DNA of 64,000 bases, taken from the NCBI GenBank assembly GCA_022813865.1, contig JALDZX010000011.1, positions 372,001-436,000 on the forward strand, read 5' to 3'. Within the stretch, counting starts at the first letter, position 1. Every line of letters starts with the position of its first letter. The position numbers and the translations under genes are program-made. Shown here piece by piece: positions 23,707 to 36,200 of this stretch. The notes under the pieces were generated by a model. That model saw only the letters and a program-made list of their open reading frames with translations. It was not told the origin of the DNA and did not search any database. This DNA is from Xylographa opegraphella. Its lineage: Eukaryota.

Positions 23707-25165
23707 ATGGCTTCCAAAGGAGAATATACGCTGCTCTGCCTAGAGAATCCCCTACTTGGTACCCAATCCTCCCACCACGCAGTCTGTCGGAAGCTAACCT
23801 AATTCCTCTGTAGATATCCAAGGTCAAGGGTGAATTTCCTCTCTCTCCCTCCCCCTCTCCAACCACCCTGCTGATCGTCCCAGCGATGCCGCCATGCTCG
23901 AGAAATACGGCCTCAAAGCCAACGACGCCATTCTCGCCGAGGAAAAGCACATGGGCATCTTCGACGACCTGCTCAATAACCGCGACGCCAAGTTGATCGC
24001 TGGCGGCGCCGCGCAGAACACCGCTCGCGGAGCCCAGGTAAATCCGCCTACCCGTTTGCCCAATATGCTTCCCACCGCACACCCTTCCACATCACATACA
24101 TCCCCCAGCCGCTAACTCACCTGCCAGTACATACTCCCCCCCTCCTCTGTCCTCTTCATCGGCTGCGTCGGCGCCGACTCCACCGCCGACACCCTCCGCG
24201 ACGCATGCAAGAAAGCCGGCCTGCACGTCGAATACCTAGTCGACCCTGCGCAGCCAACCGGCCGCTGCGGCGTAGTCATTACGGGCCACGACCGCAGCCT
24301 GGTCACGCACCTGGCGGCCGCAAACGAGTACAAGCTATCGCACTTGACATCGCCGGAGATCTGGCCGCTCGCACGCGCGGCGCGCATGTACTACGTCGGA
24401 GGCTTCCACCTGACCGTGTGCCCGCCAGCTGCCATGGCGCTGGCCGAGGAAGCGGCGAAGGAGAATAAGGTCTTTGTGGTGAACCTGAGCGCGCCATTCA
24501 TCCCGCAGTTCTTCAAGGATCAGCTGGACAGCTTGATGCCGTACTGTGATTATGTGATTGGGAATGAGACGGAGGCGGCGGCGTATGCCGAGAGCCACGG
24601 ACTGGGAGGGAAAAGTGTGAGCGAGATTGCCGCGGCGATTGCCGGGATCGAGAAGGTGAATAAGGGGCGGAAGAGGGTCGTGGTCATTACACAGGGGACG
24701 GAGGAGACGTTGGTGGCGGTGCAGGGGGAGTCAGGGGTGAAGGGGTTCAAGGTGCACGACGTGGGGAAGGAGGAGATTTGTGATACCACGGGTGCTGGGT
24801 ACGTGAAGATTTTCTTCGAAGAATATCCGTGTGAACTGATGACTGACCTTAATCTAGGGACGCTTTCGCAGGAGGTTTCCTGGCTGGGTTGGTGGAGAGC
24901 AAGTCAGTGGAAGAGTCGGTACACATGGGTCAATGGCTGGCCAGTCTGAGCATCAAGGAGTTGGGCCCTCAGTACGTCATTGTCCTATTTCCCGTGTTCC
25001 CTTCCTCCTCCAAAGCACGTAACTCGCCTGGTTGAAATCACAAAGGATCTACCATCGCACATGATCTCTTCCATCGAATAGCACAATGCTAACAGCTCAT
25101 TCTCTCTCTTCAGATACCCTTACCCCAGACAGACCTACCAACCAGCATCCCTCACGTCCCAGTAA
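23707..25165 (+). CDS. ADO1: Adenosine kinase (PfkB family), multi-exon
   Basis: LLCLENPLLD, AGGAAQNTARGAQY, NLSAPFIPQFF, DTTGAGDAFAGGF and LGPQYPYP. Confidence 0.97.
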
Positions 25166-25736
25166 ACGGACATTCATTTTCGCAGAAATGGCATAGCGAG
25201 GCGTTCTCTCGGGTTTCAACAACTGAGCGGGCGCGTGAGCTTGCTCGGGCCACGATAGCACGACGCAACGATCTTCCACGATCCACGATAGAGTTTATAG
25301 ACTGGCATGATCTGCCGCGCAAAAAATAAGACTTCATCATTTTGGTCATCCCTGGACATAAGCCACGTGACAATGTGCCCGGTTGGGGACAAGTGCCACG
25401 AATTTGTATTTTTTCACTCTCGAGAGACGGGCTTCGGAAGCCTGGTCAGCGGAACGACGCACCAACAATGATTGGAAACCTAGCCATCGTATCGTAAATG
25501 CGATTGCAAATTTTGTCGTTCGAAGTCCCGTGTGTCAGACGTCCGAGCCATGAGTGTCATGCCCTTGCAAATGTGCAGCCGAGAGTACCAACTTCCTCTC
25601 GGTGCAAGAACATGAAACCCACTAGGTTGTTACACCACTGTGACCAGGATTCAAACGGGAAAAACCGATGATGGTATCCATAGCAGTACCATACACGTTA
25701 ATCTGGAATCTTCCTGCGCATAGTAACCGTTGCCCA

Positions 25737-28303
25737 CTACGCAGGCGGCGTATGGTTCGGAAACAGACTGCTTGGCGCGTGCATGCTGCTCACGCTCGAC
25801 GGAACAAGGTATTCATTCGCATATGATTGCAGTGATAAGCGGTTAGGCGAGAGTGCCTTTGCGGTACCAGGCCTGGAAGATACTTCGTTCGCAGTGGGAG
25901 CGAAGACGGTGTTGTAAATGCTAGGCAGTAGTGGCCCTGGTGTTCTCTGGTGAGGCGGCTGACGAGGCGTGTTGTAGTTCGAGTTGTTCAGAAAACCTTG
26001 TACTGTCGAACTCCCAAAAACCCCGTAACTTGTATCGTTGCCGGAAGTTTTGACGGGAGATTCGTCGAAGGAATAACTTGGTGGCGTTGGTGGAGCTCGA
26101 ATCGGACTAGCATAGTAGTCGTGGCAGTCAGAGTCATTCGTTGCTTCCGAACCGACGATGTTGTCAACCATCTCCTCCATGCCCAACTTGGCCGATACGG
26201 AAACAGACGCCGATTGGGATGCCTCGTCATTGATGATGGATTTGGTAGCATATGCACCGGCTTCTTTTGCTGTGGAGATATCCTCACGGTCAATACTTGT
26301 TGATGAGATCGTCGCATGACGGCCTTCAGGGCTGGCCAAGAGCTCAGAAGGCATGCCTTCCTCACGATAGGCGAAGGTTGATGTTCCTGCCAAAAGCTCT
26401 ATTGGAATATTCTGCAAACGGTCAACAGTGTTACGACATACATGGATCCACTTACCACGTCCAAAGCTAATGTTAGACCATCGTTGAGAAAATCGCGAAT
26501 TCTCCATAACATCTCCACGTTCGGGTGTTGCCTCTTCACATTGGCCGCGTGAAACAAGGGCTTTGGTGCGCCCGTCTCGACATTGATGTACCTTTTCTGT
26601 AAGAGCTTGTGCTCAAACGGCTTAAACCCCAGAGTGTCTTCATCCTCCTCAAGAAGGTATTCAATTGAAGGTATATGCAAAGGCGAAACAGTCACTAGAA
26701 GGGTCAATGTATTCGCATATATCTTCCACAACTCTTTAAGCTGCACGTTGATTGCTGTGTCATCAAGCTGTGCGGCAAGAATAGCTGAATTACGTATCAA
26801 CCATGAACTGTACTGTCGCAGTCCGGGCAAAACGCGACGGGCGACAGCAGTTATCTTCTCCGACCCTTTTGCAGTCATTTTGGAACCCGGACCAGGCTCC
26901 GTGGCAAAGCATTCCAGTTCAGGTTGCAATACTTGGAGCAAAGTGAACATAGTCTTGACATTGAGGCGCAAGAAATAGTAATAAGCTTGTTGTAGCACTG
27001 ATGACTCTGGCTGTGCTATACAGTTCATCAGCTAAACAGACGTGCTGTGTATCGAGCGGAAGCTCACATTTCCACCGGACAAAAGCAAAGTACTCGGCCG
27101 CGATGTTGACGAGAACAATTTTTTGCAAGATTCCTTCCAACGAACGTTCTTTCAGCTCGATCGCGAGCTGGCTAATTACTTCGTTCTCAAGTTCTTCGTG
27201 TCCGATAAAGTCAAGGCCTTTGTAACATTTCGCATGAAGCAGCAAAAACCACCCTAACAACGTTTTTGTCGAGTTTGATTGGTCCTGTTGCGCGTCGTCG
27301 TTCGTCAACTCACCTTTTTGATCGGCCCCAATAATCTTCTTAAACCCGAGTTCAAGGTTCCCCTCAGCAGTTGGGTGAGGTTCTTCAACAGCAAGAGCTC
27401 GATAAAGATGATAGATGGATCGAAGGTGGTTGCCATCGGCAAGGGCTATTACTGCCAACTGATTATGGGAAGCACCCGAAGAAGGCCGAACATCTCCGGC
27501 AAGATCATAATAACCAATTGCTGGCCCCCAATTTCGTTCTTTTGTAGTCAATTCCGTTTCACGATATCTCGAAAGATCGCCGAGTCGAATGAGACTTTGA
27601 TGACAAGAAGACAATATTTGTTTGCGCAGGTCGTTGGAAATCGCAACGGATTCACCATTTAGAGGAGCTGGCCTCAAGGTCAGCGCTGCCTTTTCCATCA
27701 TAACCCATGCGTGCTATCACATACCAGTTGAGTTGAGCTTTCGCGCTATGGCGTCGACTTCTGGGATGCCACCAAAATGGAATGCCAGTTTCTGGATGTA
27801 ACTACGATAGTAGCGTTGGCTCGCTTTGATGAAGTCGAGGTAACTCTTCATGTACTTGCGTTGCTCAACAATTCTTCTCTTTCCTCCTCCACTTTTGTAC
27901 TGCGATGCAGAGTCGATTAGGCCGGATGATCTCTGTATATGGTATCAAGATTACCCACGTAGCTCAATTGTTTCCGGTAGTATTTGTTGACTTTGCCATG
28001 CATATCCCATAGGATGAGCTCAATGCTTCTGTCTTGCGCATAACCGAAGTGCAGGAAGATGACGGCGTCGCACTGGGTGCGGTACCTTGAACATGTGAGT
28101 ATATATACTTTACTAGAGTACTCCATGCCTACTCCGCAAGCTGCCGGTTGATCTCCTGTTGATCGGCGCGAATGTCGGCAACCAAAGCCCGGAGTTGTTT
28201 TACTGATTTCTGAGCAGCTCTTCAAAGAGTCAGTGACTGCTATTCAGAGAAAAAATGTGTCAGAATAGCAGTACATCCATGCCTGTTGGACATCCGCATC
28301 CAT
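25737..28303 (-). CDS. Est1/Ebs1/SMG7-like protein (EST1 14-3-3-like domain), about 6 exons
   Basis: MDADVQQAW..., YLDFIKASQRYYR, CHQSLIRLGDLSRYRE, GASHNQLAVIA and YLLEEDEDTLGFKPF, followed by a disordered C-terminus. Confidence 0.88.
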
Positions 28304-29341
28304 GTTCTGTACTTATCAAACAGTAACTTCAGGCCGACCCCACGGTCAACCGGGCTGTCAGAAGTGAGGCCGGAGCTCAAGGCTCAGAGCAGCGTCGAGA
28401 GTGTCCATCAGCGCAGATTTAGACCCATGTGATAACGCTAAGGCACTAGGGTGTTGAAGGACCAACATAGAAGCACAACCTTCTTGCTGCTGATTATCTC
28501 TAGTTCATGACATCCATTGAAAAGGTGGGGAAATGCGCGCGAGACATAAACTTAGGTCAAGGGTTAATTTTATGCAACGACATAAATTGTGCTTGCTCTA
28601 GGGTGAGGGCTCGCACTAGTCCTAGGGCCTCAGCAAAGTAACCTCACTTTCTGCCTTGCGAGTGCTGGAAGGCGAAAAGGGACACCGTGGACACATTTCG
28701 CAGTGTAAGATTTACTGATATTCACTCATATAATACTTTTAGAGCGTTTTACGGGATGATCATGACATTCTAAAGGTTTCCTGGTTGAGGTAGTGCTCCA
28801 ATTGGCTATGATTGGTTATTTTCTGCATATATCAGGACACCATCTATCATCGTTTCTGTTATTTTGATTTAAATCGCCACAGATCTCCATATTCAACATA
28901 GTGTACGCGTTGGCTCAACATATACGTGTGACACGCTCAATGCCAGGAGGGATCTTATGTCTTATTGGGTCTTCTCTTTCTTCCCGAGGTCGATCTCTTA
29001 TCAAATCACCTTGTAGCTATTTCTTGCTATACATCCCAAGCCAGCTAGCTATCCATTTCTCTAAATCCCAAGGCCGTTCCCGTCTTTCGATCAACCATCT
29101 CGGAAGTGCATCTTTCACCAAAATACCTTGATCTGTACCACCCACCAAGCACTTGCTCACACACCACACCCCAGCCCCCATCCTAGCTTCCCCCTCCTCC
29201 CTGCACCTCACAATTGCCAGCCAAAGCCACTTCCCCACTTCGCATAGTCTCCAGCACCACACCCTCACTCCCCCGCCCCCCCACCAATCTCGACCCCGCA
29301 AGCAAAGCAGGCCCCCTCATGCTAACACAGGTCCTCCTCAC

Positions 29342-30342
29342 CTAGCACCTCGCCAACCCCCCTCTCCGCCCACCCCTCCCTCTCCGCACGCTCGGCGGCA
29401 CGAAGCGGAGCGCCCCGAGCCCGTCCGCCAGCGAATCCATCTCCGCGTCCGCTTTCACGGCCGAAGGCTGCGCGGTTCCTGCATCCCCGACTCCGTCCGC
29501 TCCCTTATCCTCCTCCATCCCTTCTCCCTCCTCCACCAACCCCTCCCTTTGTACCGCAGAGCTCCTCCTCCCCCCTCTCCTCCCCCTGCCCCTCCCCCTC
29601 TCGCTCTTCCGCATCGGCGGCGAGCGCAACATCGAAGTCCGCCCCTCGAAACCCGTATTCACGATCTGAAAGTCAAAATTCTGTGCACCACCAGTCAGCC
29701 CCCAGACGCTCATCCACTCCAAGACATAAACGCCCCCCCCNNNNNNNNNNNNNNNNNNNNNNNNNNNNNNNNNNNNNNNNNNNNNNNNACTACCACATCT
29801 CCCCCCTCCCCCAACCAAAAAGCCAACTCCAACCCAAACCTCAAAAAAGAGAGAGAGAGAGAGCACAAAAAAACGCACCTTCAAAAACCCATGCTTATCC
29901 ACCAAATGCGCACGCCTCTTCCACGGCGTAGCGCAGACCTTGTCGCACTCGGGGAGGAGGAAGCAGTGGTACTAGATATAAAGAAAAAAGCACCCAGCAT
30001 CAGCCCTCTCTCTCTCTCCCTTTCCCCTTAACCCCTATGCCCCCCCTCTTCCCCCCCCCCCAACACAAAAAAACTCACCACCTTCTCCCCCCTCCCCCTC
30101 CTAACATCCACCAACGGGTCATGGTTCTCCGCGATATGCAAACCGAGCCACGTCGAGCTGGGGAAAGTGTGTCCGCATGCGTGGCAGATGTGGGTGGAGG
30201 GGCTGAGGGTGGAGGGGATGTCGAAGGGAGGGGAGGGCGAGGAAGCCGGCGAGGGCGAAGTGCGTGGGATTTTGGACATGGGGACGTCGCTGGTGGTGGT
30301 GGTGGGGGAAAGGGTGGTGTAGGAGAGGGGGCGTTTGGGCAT
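29342..30342 (-). CDS. C2H2 zinc-finger protein, ZNF511-like (3 exons)
   Basis: CHACGHTFPSSTWLGLHIAENHDP, YHC..C...RRAHLVDKHGF and ALRFVPPSVR. The N gap lies in an intron. Confidence 0.85.
29741..29788. other. Assembly gap (48 N)
   Basis: N run next to a poly-C tract. Confidence 1.
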
Positions 30343-30823
30343 AAGGTAGGGTGTGGGGTGGAAGGTTATGGGAAGTGGGTGAATGTGAATGAGTGGGTTT
30401 TAATGGTTCCGTGGAGGCGGTGAGTTGATCGTTGTGAGGGGGAGACCGAAAGAGCGGTCGTGCGAGTGCTTGTGGGAGCACGCTGTTGGAAGTGCAGTCT
30501 GGCGTATTGATCGCATCGGATTATAGGCGTGTCCGGTCCACGACAATAGCAGCATCAGCGCAGTCTACGGGAAACAGCTCCACATTAAGCACTTATAAAA
30601 ACACCCAGGCACGTGCAATTCGCAAAATCGTCAAGAGGCCTAGCGTCAGCATTCACATATATTGCACCTGGGAGAAATTGATTGAGTGGGTGAATGTCCA
30701 TTGAATCTAATCTACCAGAGGCACATCGGATCAAAAGAACATGCGTAGGCCCGGGCAGATCATCAACCTCCTCAAGCCCAAGCGCAGCCGCCGGGCTTGA
30801 GCAGGTCGCGGAACAGCCAGAGC

Positions 30824-32800
30824 CTACAAATGGAGGTCATGCCAACCCCCAACCCACTCAACATCTCCGTCCTCGTCCTCGGGCTCCGCAAAGCCTTTGC
30901 CGTGATGATATTTGTCCACCTGATGATCACGACGCCAATCCAAAATCTTGAGCCCAACGCCAGAGGTGTCCTTGCGCTTGTCCTGACGGTCCCAACTCCC
31001 CGAACCAGCACCCGTTCCTGCTCCATAGACTGCGTTCCCAGAACCGGTCTTCATCCCGAACCCACTTGCAAATCCACGACGCCAGATTCCCCCAGTATTG
31101 GTACGCTTTCGTCTCGTCTCTTGGTTCCCTTCTTCATCAGAACCTGAATTGGCTGCCCGACGGCGGTTCCCCAGAGCGGCCCACTTGTCCAAGATGGAGT
31201 TCGAACGCTTCATCGGTGGCGAATAAGGGGGTAGCTTGTCAGAGGCTTTCGGAAGATGCTCAAACGAACCCATCGCGTCATAACTCTTGGCATTGAAAGC
31301 CTGCGTGTTATTGTCCATTGAGCTCTGGTTGCGTACATTGACGGCAGAGCTCCTTGCTTCGCACAGAGCCAAGGGACGCATCGTAACATCCTCGTCCACG
31401 CTCTCGGAGCTCCAATTCAACCCGTTGAATTGACGTCTCGCATCCTCTTCCTCTTCTTCCTCGTCTTCATCCCACATGTCACTCCAGCTCTTCGACGTTG
31501 TGTTTTCTTTCTTGCCAAACACAGAAAACATTGCTGGCACAGGCTTGGAAGCAGTGATCGGAAGAGATCCGGCGATCGGAGTCGCATCGTTGCTCGTCTT
31601 GTTCTTTGGATTCGGCTGACGCAGATTCATGGATTTCACAGATGCACCGAGAGCAGAATCAAGCACGGAAGCGAGCGATTGTGTTTCAGCAGACGCCGAG
31701 TACCACGGAGATGAACTCTTTTCAGGAGCAGGGAACAAGTCATCGTTGTAGTCTTCCGTGTCCGGAATGGCCGAAAGTTGTCGAGCAGTCTGAGGCGGAC
31801 TCATGTGCAGAGCCCGGGCCCAGGGAAACGCGCCTCCTTGCTCGATCGGTGGACTCTGAATGGATGGGGTTCGAAGAGGTTGGCGGTTGGCACTGGCGGG
31901 CACGACCTCACGATCCTCGGTGCAGAATTCATCGAACATCTCATCATCAGTGGTGAAGCTGACAACACGTTGGAGCACTGCCCGGACAGCTGACAGAGAA
32001 CGCTTCTGCGGTTCGATGCATAAGGCGTGGACGAGAACCTCGAAGGTATCTTGGGACATGTTGGGGAAGACATCAAAGAGTGACTGTCGATCACGAACAA
32101 AGTCGGCAAAAAGAACATCGGAATCGGACGGAGTGACGAAGGGATTGCGGCAGAACAAGATGTTGAGCAGGCAAATACCAACAGCCCAGATGTCCACCTG
32201 AGCAGGGCAATAACCAACATCTGCAGGGTCATACTGTTCTGGTGCCATATACCTGTCACTACCGACACCTGCCTCGAGGGTCCAGGTCTCCGTCGTCGAC
32301 AAACCAAAATCACCTAGTTTCATGGATCCATCCTGAGCGAGAAAGATGTTCTCTGGTTTGATGTCACGATGGTAGAGACCCTTGGAGTGCATGAATTCCA
32401 CTGCATTGACCAGTTGAAGCATGAAGCTGCGAACATGCTCCGTCTCCAGTGGTCCACGACCCAGTCGAATGGCTTCATAGAGATCACCCATTGAGCAGAA
32501 TTCCAAGACCAAGTACATGTGCGAATTGGTCTCGAACGCGTGAACGAGGTTGACGATGTTCGGGTGAAAGCCGAGACGGTCATGGCAGGCTAGCTCCAAG
32601 AGATGATCGGTGTCCGATGCTGCAGGACATGCAGGATTGGTTGTTGACTTGCCAAGGCACTTGATAGCCACGAGATCCCCATTGACGAGATCTTTGGCCA
32701 AGAAGACCATACCGAAAGATCCATGATTAAGCGGGGAGATCGATTCGAAGCGATTGTCGAGCACAAGCCCCTCGATAAAACCTCCTTTCATACACGTCAT
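30824..32800 (-). CDS. KSP1: Ser/Thr protein kinase, Ksp1-like (intronless)
   Basis: LNHGSFGMV, VAIK, YHRDIKPEN, DFG and GSDRYMAPE, followed by a KSWSDMWDED tail typical of Pezizomycotina Ksp1. Confidence 0.85.
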   Translation of the reverse strand: MTCMKGGFIEGLVLDNRFESISPLNHGSFGMVFLAKDLVNGDLVAIKCLGKSTTNPACPAASDTDHLLELACHDRLGFHPNIVNLVHAFETNSHMYLVLEFCSMGDLYEAIRLGRGPLETEHVRSFMLQLVNAVEFMHSKGLYHRDIKPENIFLAQDGSMKLGDFGLSTTETWTLEAGVGSDRYMAPEQYDPADVGYCPAQVDIWAVGICLLNILFCRNPFVTPSDSDVLFADFVRDRQSLFDVFPNMSQDTFEVLVHALCIEPQKRSLSAVRAVLQRVVSFTTDDEMFDEFCTEDREVVPASANRQPLRTPSIQSPPIEQGGAFPWARALHMSPPQTARQLSAIPDTEDYNDDLFPAPEKSSSPWYSASAETQSLASVLDSALGASVKSMNLRQPNPKNKTSNDATPIAGSLPITASKPVPAMFSVFGKKENTTSKSWSDMWDEDEEEEEEDARRQFNGLNWSSESVDEDVTMRPLALCEARSSAVNVRNQSSMDNNTQAFNAKSYDAMGSFEHLPKASDKLPPYSPPMKRSNSILDKWAALGNRRRAANSGSDEEGNQETRRKRTNTGGIWRRGFASGFGMKTGSGNAVYGAGTGAGSGSWDRQDKRKDTSGVGLKILDWRRDHQVDKYHHGKGFAEPEDEDGDVEWVGGWHDLHL

Positions 32801-32991
32801 CTTGATATGGAGGTAAGGAACGTGGCAAAGCCGGAACTAGGTGTGACCGTACAGGACTCGAGAAGAACAAGTTGGCAGGACCGACAGCCTTGACAGCCTC
32901 ACGCTGATTTTCCGAAGCGAGGGTACGTCCAAGGCAGTTGTTGTAAAGATAAATCCAGAGACGACGAGATTGATAAGAACCGCAAAGTAAG

Positions 32992-33268
32992 CTAGGAAAT
33001 GTATAGTGGAACGGGAATGCTGATGAGCCGTGATAATTGAGACCGAGAGAGCCGAGTCAAGAAGACAACGCTGGAAAGACAAGGTACACCTCCCCACCTG
33101 TCGCTCATGAACCAAACCCACAAATTCGCTTTCGTTTTTTTTTTTCAGAGGCTCATGTACAGATAAGGATGTCGAATCGATAACGATGTTGCTCGGCAAT
33201 ACAGACTATGGTTGGAAAGCCCTCGGGCTTGATCTAGCTTGAGACCAATTGTAAAGTTATCGTGGCAT
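32992..33268 (-). promoter_or_regulatory. Three candidate uORFs in the KSP1 leader
   Basis: 33257-33268 MPR*, 33145-33156 MSL* and 32992-33108 (38 aa). These are the only minus-strand ATGs in 32801-33860. Confidence 0.5.
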
Positions 33269-36200
33269 GGTATTATCAAAAGGCGTATCGGCAAAGCGGA
33301 AGAACGAAGGCACGAAAGTGGAGAAAGAGTTGTCGAGCACCGAAAGGAGAGGATGTCGATGAAGGCCGACCGAGTCTCGGAGATTGAGATGTGTGTATTC
33401 GTGGAGTCGTCACAGGAGAAGTAGGAAAGGTGAAAGGAAAGAAAGGTCGTGAGGCGATGCTGTCCTGAAGGTCAGATGACCAGCCTTGACTCGAGGACGT
33501 TGATTGATTACGGTGACAAAGCCAAGCCCAGACAAACAACGACAACGGTTGCTGAGCCTTCAGTTGCCAACGGTGGCAGATCGACCGAGTATGTTCGAGG
33601 AAGATGAAATCGAGACGATCGAGCCTTTGGCGAGCTAGCTAAGGGCACTCAGTTGGCTCGGGATGGCTGAAGTCGCTGTCTTGGAGAGTCGTAAGAGGCG
33701 GCGGCGGAAGAGAATGGAGGCGGAGTATTAGAGAGCTTCGACTTGCGTGTGCTGCTGGGTATGAGAAGTGAAGAGAGCGGGACGGCGGGGGGATACGTGA
33801 TAAAGACGAGGCGGTGGTCGTATGCAACAACGAGTTTGGGGAGCGGTTGGCTCTCTTAGATCATTATTGGTGAGAGATGGATGGGTGAGAGCGGGAGAGT
33901 GAGAGCGAGAACGGGAGTAGGGGTGGAAGTGAGAATGAGAACGGAAATGGGAATGGAGTGGGGGATGTTGGTCAAGAGTGTTGCAAGATAATCATGATGG
34001 CAGCTTGGGAGGCGATGATTCCATGTAGAAGCAAGACAAAACAAGAGAGGCAACGGGCCAGAGAGCAAGAGAGAGAGAGAGTGAGAGCTTGCAAGAGTGG
34101 CCTAGTGCCGTTGGCATGCGGTCTTGGCCCAAGCGCTAACGTCAACAAGCCAAGAGGCAAGTCTTGGCCCAGCTAGCAGGCCGCTAATGTCACTAGCTGG
34201 GAATTCCTGAGTCTGCGTGTGACAACAACGGAAGCGGACAACTTGTTGCACTCCTAGCGAGTCCTCCCTCACACTGGGCCGACTTTCCACGACATTCCAT
34301 GGCCTAATGCAGGACCCCTGACCACCGAAGCAGGTCGAGACAACAACAACAAGGCCGGTGTCGACGCAGCGATGATACAGGCACCACACTTGGGCTCCTG
34401 CAGTGCATGCTTGGCGAGGCCGGGGAGCCGTCCAAGAGCAGGTGCACGTTTGAGGGGCCTACGGGGGAGAGAGTGACGAGTGAGTGCGGAGTGGTGCCCC
34501 TGCTGTTCACTCTTGTCCAGTGCTGTATGTAACATGGCTTGCCTACAAAAGTACGTTATCGTCCAGGGAGTCCGACCTCGGCCTTGCGACATCACCAAAA
34601 GACGAGGCAGGTTTTGCCTCTGTTTGCGCGTCAACAACGCTTGCATCAGTAGCAGCAGTAGTAGTAGTAGTAAGAGTAATAATGCGACCGTGACTTCTGT
34701 CATGATGGCTATCAGCGGCATGATGATTGCGACAGCCGGCTCTCTGAGCTCGCCATCATCCGTCGCATGACTCTCGACCCTTACCCCATCATTGTTTCGC
34801 TCCTGTTTCTCGACACGTACGCTCTTCTTCGACCGGAGCTTACCCCGCCATGTCGCTCATGCAAGCAGCCATCGAATCGTGGGCGTCAAGACGACGGAAA
34901 AGGGGGCAGCGACTGGCCAAAGCTCGCTCTGGCCGCAATCAGGATCGGCGCAGTTCGTGCACCACAAAATAACAGTGGAAATTACGGTTCGAGGGCAGTT
35001 GCGATGGCGACTTCACTCGCCCAGCTGACACCAATCGTTTTGCGGGCTTGAAGTTATTCTTGGTCGGCGCAGCGACGTCAGGTCCAAAAGCGTCGAGGCG
35101 TGCCTTGCTGGCGTGGTCCTTCTTTTACCGCTTATCTCACCTGATGGTGTCGAGAAGGGGACGAGCATCGAATCAGCAGTCGAACGGCCACACCCTCTTC
35201 CGTCGAAGAGAGTCCTGCCAGCAGGACCCGGATTATCGTTGATGCAGAGCTGCTCGGTAGTGAGGAGCCGATCAGCTGGATCGAGTCGTACTCCGGACGT
35301 GAAAGGGTGAAGGACTGCTGACCGCCTAATCGCCAAAAGGCATCCGTAGCGCCGCTCTGAAGCACTGGTTTCAACCAAGGACCAGATTCGGAGAATAGTC
35401 CCTGGTAGCTGCTCGTGCCCTTGCCAGTAGTGAGAGGCCACAGGACGAGAATTCCTTATTGATAATAGGGATCGTCGTGGTTCCGGCGAGCCAGCTGTCA
35501 GTTGTCGCTGCAGGTATCACCAAGGCGCCTAGGTCGCGTTGGGGACCTGGTGGTGATGCTTCTCTTCACCACTCGACGCAGCCCGCCCGGTCCGCCCGCC
35601 ACGCGCTCCTCCAAACAATTCTCGTCGACTGGCTGCGAGCAGCCCCTTCGTCGCCGTGCGCTCGAGCTCCCGCCCCTCCGCATTTGCGGCCGCACCCCGA
35701 GACAGGCCCCAACAATGCAGGGCGGGTTGCCACCGGGCTCGTTGGACCTCCGCTTTGCTGCATAAGTTGAGGCCCTATTATCCGCGCCTAATGCACGCCT
35801 CGGCCTGCCCCCCATCACCGCTTACCTTACCTAAGGTACCTTATCCGTCCGTGACTCGGGCCTGGACTCCACGATCGTCGTCCGGCGACCTAGCGTGCAT
35901 GAATGGAAACGATTTAGAGCATCTTCACCGCTGAAAGTCTTTGCACCTTTTCATGACTTTCCATTTGCCAGTCTGCTGAACTTTCCGTCCGAACGCTGCG
36001 GGCGACGATGGGCGATTTCCGGAACGATTGGACGGCTTGGAACACCAACGACGCCAAGCATTTGAGCGGTACCACGTTGCGAGCCATCTCACGAACGTTA
36101 GGGCGTCTTCACCGCTGAAATCTCTGTGTTCACTGCGTTTTGTTGAATCGTTCGAGCTCGTCTGTCGCAATCGTGTTCCTTTCAATCATGTTCGAGGCCG

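Noticed and set aside
29153..30031. 292-aa Pro/His-rich plus-strand ORF
   Set aside because: Antisense shadow of the C-rich ZNF511-like locus, and it runs through an N gap.
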